Assembly: GCA_028282585.1 (NCBI GenBank)
Contig: JANQHR010000149.1
Span: 12,055-76,054 of the forward strand
DNA from: Bacteroidales bacterium
GTDB lineage: Bacteria; Bacteroidota; Bacteroidia; Bacteroidales; UBA12077
Length of the DNA: 64,000 bases
Direction: 5' to 3'
Below, one piece after another: positions 59,196-64,000 of this stretch (position 1 is its first letter; each line of letters begins with the position of its first letter). The notes beneath the pieces are model-generated. The model did no database searches. It had not been told where the DNA came from and saw only the letters and a list, made by a program, of their open reading frames with translations. A program made the position numbers and the translations under genes.

Positions 59196-59582
59196 TTAGT
59201 TATACAACGATTCTGTCCTAACCTCAGCTAACAGCCTTTCTGCAAGCGCAGTTAATTCAACTTTTACATCTTCAATATCAACTGATTTCTTTTTAGAACC
59301 ACAACCGGCTTCAATTAATGCAGCACCAATCTGGTTTAGCGCATTATCACAGGTTGAAACATCTACTCCTGTACACATATAATCATTTCCGTTAAATGTA
59401 TAGTAGGATGCATTTTCACCATCACTACAAAAAGTAGCTATTGCATCAACATTCACCGGGCAATTAAAATCATCCCCCAAATCTTCACTATCGCAAGTTT
59501 CTTTGTCATCATCATCTTCACAAGATACCAAGGCTACGGATAGAGCCATTATAATCAAAAATAAAAACCTTAATTTTTTCAT
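59196..59582 (-). CDS. Small Cys-rich surface lipoprotein
   Basis: Lipobox LVSC-EDDDD plus six further Cys. Confidence 0.7.
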   Translation of the reverse strand: MKKLRFLFLIIMALSVALVSCEDDDDKETCDSEDLGDDFNCPVNVDAIATFCSDGENASYYTFNGNDYMCTGVDVSTCDNALNQIGAALIEAGCGSKKKSVDIEDVKVELTALAERLLAEVRTESLYN

Positions 59583-59644
59583 CGCTATCATTTTTAGTTA
59601 TTAATTATTCAAATTAAGTTAAAGCAAATTAATCAATATTAAAC

Positions 59645-60292
59645 CTAATGTAAAATATATTTTAGTTCTTTTTCAATAACTTTTTTAAACTTGTCATATT
59701 CCATATAGCCCTTATATATTTTATTATTTATAATAAAACTTGGTGTACCCGTTAATCCTAACGATTTAAACATGGCCAAATTTCTAAATAAATAATTTTC
59801 CGATTCTCCACCATACATGCATTCTTCCAAATACATATCTTCTTCAACCAATTCATCTATAACATTTGCAAATTCATTCGTATAAATAACATTTGGCTCT
59901 GTTAATAATAATTCGTTTAACTTTTCAAAATTACCATGCTTATTTATACAAACTGCAATTTTTAAGGAATTAATAACAGCTTCATTGTTTGTTAAAGTAA
60001 TAGGTTTTACAACAAATTTTAGTTTTCCATTATCAATAAAATTCCTTTTAAGCTCGGGGAATACATTTTTAAAGAACTCCCGGCAAAAAGAACAGTTGTA
60101 ACTGGAATAAAAAAAGACGGTTAAACCTGCATCGGGGCTACCATAAACGATATCCAACAAGTCTTCATAAATTTCAACTTTATTTACTTGTTGTTTGTTG
60201 AACAAGTCATTTTCATTCAAAACAAATACTACTGCTACAATTAAAGCTAAAATTACTAAATAGTAAACTTTGTTAAAATTAAAGATTTTCAT
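59645..60292 (-). CDS. DsbA/BdbD-like thioredoxin-fold protein
   Basis: YGSPDA, SYNCSFC, GTPSFIIN. Confidence 0.85.
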   Translation of the reverse strand: MKIFNFNKVYYLVILALIVAVVFVLNENDLFNKQQVNKVEIYEDLLDIVYGSPDAGLTVFFYSSYNCSFCREFFKNVFPELKRNFIDNGKLKFVVKPITLTNNEAVINSLKIAVCINKHGNFEKLNELLLTEPNVIYTNEFANVIDELVEEDMYLEECMYGGESENYLFRNLAMFKSLGLTGTPSFIINNKIYKGYMEYDKFKKVIEKELKYILH

Positions 60293-60301
60293 CCGTTTAA
60301 A

Positions 60302-63300
60302 CTATTCCTTATCGCCTGTTCCATACTTCTCAATTATCTCCTTGTGCTTAGCAGTCCTATCAAATTCCGTGCTAAAGTTAACCAATAAAGGGTTAAATAG
60401 CAGTTTTAAGAATCCTTTCTGTTTATTTAATTGACCTCTAAATCTTTCCCTAGCCTTTTTATTATCTAAACCGTGATTTTTCTTTCCATCAATATCATAA
60501 GAAAGCAACCTTAAACCGCCATCTCTATTGAATTCCTCTCCATCCTCTTTATCCTGTTTAGCCTGCATTTTCATCAGTTCATCATTTTTTCCTGTCATCA
60601 CATCACCTAAAAATACCTTTATGTGGTATTGATAATCTCCAGTTAAGCTATGCATAGCAAATGCAGACATATCCATTGAAGAAGTTACAACATCCGTTTT
60701 TGGAATAAAAATCTTATCATTTAGCATAAAAACACTTGTGGTTAAGGTATTAAAATCTAATTTATCTAAGCCTTTAAGCCCTCCCAAAATTTTTATTTTA
60801 GATAATTCAACCAAAGGTTCATAATCGTATATTCTACCATTCTCTAAAGTAAAATGCCCTTCTGCTCTGACTCTACTAGTGTTTTTTTCCATAACTTCTT
60901 TAATAAAAATTCTTGAATCAAATTCACTAGTAAGGATACCATTTATGTTTTCATGAGTTAATCCTAGACCTTGAACATATTTATCGTTTTTAAGTAATAA
61001 CTCTCTTAGATCTAAAGCTGTTATAGTATTTTTTATATCAAGAACAGGCTTTTCCCAAAACCTACCTCTCGCATTTAACAAAATAGATGTATTCAATTCT
61101 CCACCGCAAGTTCTAAACTTAAACTGGTCCAACACATAAAGGCTATCTGTAAACCTAAAATTTAGCGAAATATCATCTATAACATTTTTTTCATATTCCA
61201 CCTTATTGATACTTAGTTTACCCCTAACTAAAAAATGTGGTACACCTAACGCAGCTAAATCTGGCAATAAAGAAGTTGTATCGGTTCTAAGAGTATCAGT
61301 GCTTAACTCTGCTGTTTGATTCCGAATCTCATTTTCAATAAGCTGCGTACTATCTAAAGAGCTAGAATCAGATGCCATGAAAAATCCTATTAGATCATTA
61401 TTGATTTCATCCAAAGATATTTTGGTTTGAACAGTTAAGAACTTTTTTGGGTCATTTTGAAATAACACTTCGTAAGTATTCCATATTTCCGTAGAATCTA
61501 TTTCAAATTCAACTCCTGCTGCCGAACCTTTAAAATTATTAATAGTTATAGCTTGTGGATTAACCTTAAACCTTCCTGATAAATTTTCAGCCTTGTAAAA
61601 AGGATCCATTTCTGGTACAACGGTAACTTTATCTAATGTTAGATCAAAAGAACTCTTTTTAAAAGCAACCTCCATAGCTTGATCAGCTATAGAATCTATA
61701 TTTAGTTTAGCTTTTGAATCAATATTGATGGTAATATTACCGCTTAAATCCGAAATTAACGAATCAGGAAGTAATGGCTTGGTTTCTTCAAGAGCGATAC
61801 TAATTTTAGTTTTTGTTTCATAATTTGGGTTTTCTAAATCTTTTACTTTGAGATACCCTGATATTACAGCCCCTTTTGTTTCTATATGATAATCTTTAAC
61901 ATTTATCTTTAATTTAGAAATATCATTTATGCTTCCGGTAAAACCAGTATTAAAAGATGTGTTTCTTAATTCCACATTATAAGAAGGAATATCTATATTT
62001 AAATTGCTAATATTAAAATGGTTAGGCTTATAATTAAATTCCGTAGAGAATTCTCTTACAGATAAATCCGGTTCCAGATCAACATTGAAATTATCCAACT
62101 TAATTTTGGCCGTAGTATTTGCCATAAGATAATCTATGAAATCATCACCAATGGAATCTGGAAGTTCACCCTTTGTAGTTAATTTCAAATTAATTTTACC
62201 ATTTATATAATTGACAATTGAATCGGGAATGAATTTTCCAAACTCTCCAACATTTATATCCAAGTCAGTTTTTACTTCGTATTTAGGATTATCAATATCT
62301 AATACGGAAAAAGCCAAATCGAATTTGCTTTTTTCTGTCTCGAAGTAAAATGATGAAAAGTTTGCTTGAGTTGATTGATTGTTTCTTAAAATACCATTCG
62401 TTATATCACCTGAAAACGTTAAGTTTTTCAATTCCGGGTAATCATTTGTAACAATATTACCTTCGTCGAAATCTATTTTTAAATCTACCCTAGGCATTTC
62501 CGTTTTGGAATATAAACCTTTTACCGTAGCATCCAAATTCAATATACCTGATACATTCTCTACTCCTGCTTCTTTTAAAATTTTTGTTGGTGCATATTTT
62601 AAAAGTTCGTCTAAAATTAAGTTGTTACCGTTCAATTGAATATCTGCTTTTATTGTTTCGCCTAAAACGACATCCCCAAGAACGTTAAATCCGGCTCCAT
62701 CCGTATTAATAACTAATTCTTTTATATTTACCGAATCATTCTCGTAGTCAACATCAAAGTTGATATCTGTATTATTCATTAGATACAAATTCGTATTATC
62801 AAATGAACAGTCAGATAAAGAAAGTCCTCCTTTTGCAGATGCCAAAATATTATCTCCATCCAATCGGGCTTTAACTTTTAGTTCAGGAATTACTACATTA
62901 GCGGCCGCCTTTAGAGAACTATCAATAAAATTGCAAACTATATTCGTAACCGTTAAGTCGGTCAAAGTTAGATTCAATGGTTTTGATGGTAAGGTATCAA
63001 CTACTTCTACCGTATCAGTTGAACTTATCAAAAAATCTATATTGGTCGCTCCACCGGTATCTACATGATAATTAATGGTTGCCCCATCAATCTCAACTTT
63101 CATTATTTCAATAATACCATCAAGTAAAGGTTTTGATTTAACCGAAACAAAAAGCTTCTTTATATTCGCGATAGTATCTAAATTGCTAATTGAAGTCGAA
63201 TTTCCGGTTAATATATGCTCATTTAAAATAACGTCATTTAATTCGATGGTTGCCAAAGGGAATTTACGTAATAAATTTAAGGATACTTCATCAATATTTA

Positions 63301-63445
63301 CAGGTGCTTCAATGCTTTCACTCACTTTCTCCAAAGCAATATCTGTAATTTTATTTTCTGCAAGCTTTGCTACGACTAATAAAACAATTACTAATACTAT
63401 GATTGTTAAAATAAAATAAGCGAGAATTTTGAATATCTTTTTCAT
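60302..63445 (-). CDS. AsmA-like family protein
   Basis: N-terminal TM, LLRKFPLATIEL, long beta-rich body, IFIPK...HSLTGDYQYH C-terminal region. Confidence 0.8.
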   Translation of the reverse strand: MKKIFKILAYFILTIIVLVIVLLVVAKLAENKITDIALEKVSESIEAPVNIDEVSLNLLRKFPLATIELNDVILNEHILTGNSTSISNLDTIANIKKLFVSVKSKPLLDGIIEIMKVEIDGATINYHVDTGGATNIDFLISSTDTVEVVDTLPSKPLNLTLTDLTVTNIVCNFIDSSLKAAANVVIPELKVKARLDGDNILASAKGGLSLSDCSFDNTNLYLMNNTDINFDVDYENDSVNIKELVINTDGAGFNVLGDVVLGETIKADIQLNGNNLILDELLKYAPTKILKEAGVENVSGILNLDATVKGLYSKTEMPRVDLKIDFDEGNIVTNDYPELKNLTFSGDITNGILRNNQSTQANFSSFYFETEKSKFDLAFSVLDIDNPKYEVKTDLDINVGEFGKFIPDSIVNYINGKINLKLTTKGELPDSIGDDFIDYLMANTTAKIKLDNFNVDLEPDLSVREFSTEFNYKPNHFNISNLNIDIPSYNVELRNTSFNTGFTGSINDISKLKINVKDYHIETKGAVISGYLKVKDLENPNYETKTKISIALEETKPLLPDSLISDLSGNITINIDSKAKLNIDSIADQAMEVAFKKSSFDLTLDKVTVVPEMDPFYKAENLSGRFKVNPQAITINNFKGSAAGVEFEIDSTEIWNTYEVLFQNDPKKFLTVQTKISLDEINNDLIGFFMASDSSSLDSTQLIENEIRNQTAELSTDTLRTDTTSLLPDLAALGVPHFLVRGKLSINKVEYEKNVIDDISLNFRFTDSLYVLDQFKFRTCGGELNTSILLNARGRFWEKPVLDIKNTITALDLRELLLKNDKYVQGLGLTHENINGILTSEFDSRIFIKEVMEKNTSRVRAEGHFTLENGRIYDYEPLVELSKIKILGGLKGLDKLDFNTLTTSVFMLNDKIFIPKTDVVTSSMDMSAFAMHSLTGDYQYHIKVFLGDVMTGKNDELMKMQAKQDKEDGEEFNRDGGLRLLSYDIDGKKNHGLDNKKARERFRGQLNKQKGFLKLLFNPLLVNFSTEFDRTAKHKEIIEKYGTGDKE

Positions 63446-63904
63446 CCTTTAAACTTCTAAAAACAGGTTTACAATTCGAAATTAATATTTATCTTAATAA
63501 AAGCAGTTATTAAATGTTTAATTTTTATTAGATCTATAATTTATATCTTACAAAAAAATTAAACTATCGTTTTACAAAACTTAACCTAAGTTTTAATCTA
63601 TCATTATATTTAATCAACTAATACTAAACGCAGTTGTAAACCCCAATATTACCTGTTTAGTTATTTTAAATAAAAGAAAAAGAGCCAGTGGCTCTTTTCG
63701 GTTAAGACTAATAAATTAGAATATTGGGGTTAAATAGAGTGTTAGACCATGAGGCCTGTTTTTTACAACTTTATATTTTGAATAAACCATGAAATTAACA
63801 ATCCGAAAATAACAATCCTTTTTGATATTTTTATTGTTTGTCGATGAACGACAACTATCAACCCCTAAACGACAATTTGCTCGGAAGTTTATATTCTAAG
63901 TTAA

Positions 63905-63940
63905 AAAGAGGCTGTCCAAAAAGTAAAAGGACAGCCTTTT
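63905..63940. repeat. Hairpin repeat (IS-end-like), copy 2
   Basis: Identical 33-mer to 47369-47401; an ATG at 63983 opens a frame running off the window. Confidence 0.8.
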
Positions 63941-64000
63941 AATTTTGTTGTCCCCTTAAAATTTACGATCTTAAGGGTCGGTATGACAACAAGATCAAAG

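Noticed and set aside
1-64000. tRNA, rRNA, integrase or phage genes
   Set aside because: None recognised by eye; a tRNAscan/Infernal run would be needed to exclude small RNAs.

Overview
AT-rich Bacteroidota (Bacteroidales/Marinilabiliales-like) DNA, judged from A-rich translation starts without SD motifs, lipoprotein export signals and a T9SS-type C-terminal domain. Layout: (i) 1-14.3 kb, a TonB receptor-DUF4876-like lipoprotein-barrel-ChaN-like-two M16 peptidase operon, a divergent M1 aminopeptidase and a propeller/Y_Y_Y/LuxR regulator; (ii) 14.5-27.8 kb, a flavodoxin plus hmu-type heme-uptake operon ending in a hemerythrin/pseudo-receiver LuxR pair; (iii) 28-47 kb, an eroding accessory region with TetR x2, MATE, an IrtAB/YbtPQ-like ABC pair, six SAM methyltransferases, His-rich transporters, AraC, a TonB receptor and a surface lipoprotein; (iv) 47-51 kb, a second leader-peptide plus TonB cassette between gene remnants; (v) 51-64 kb, ordinary genes. 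Best candidate for a new system: two gaplessly alignable His-rich membrane-targeted leader ORFs ending in the ribosome-arrest motifs RAPP/RGPP, each about 140 nt upstream of a metal-uptake operon. A 23-bp motif recurring five times suggests a shared regulon. All family assignments come from motif recognition, not database searches.
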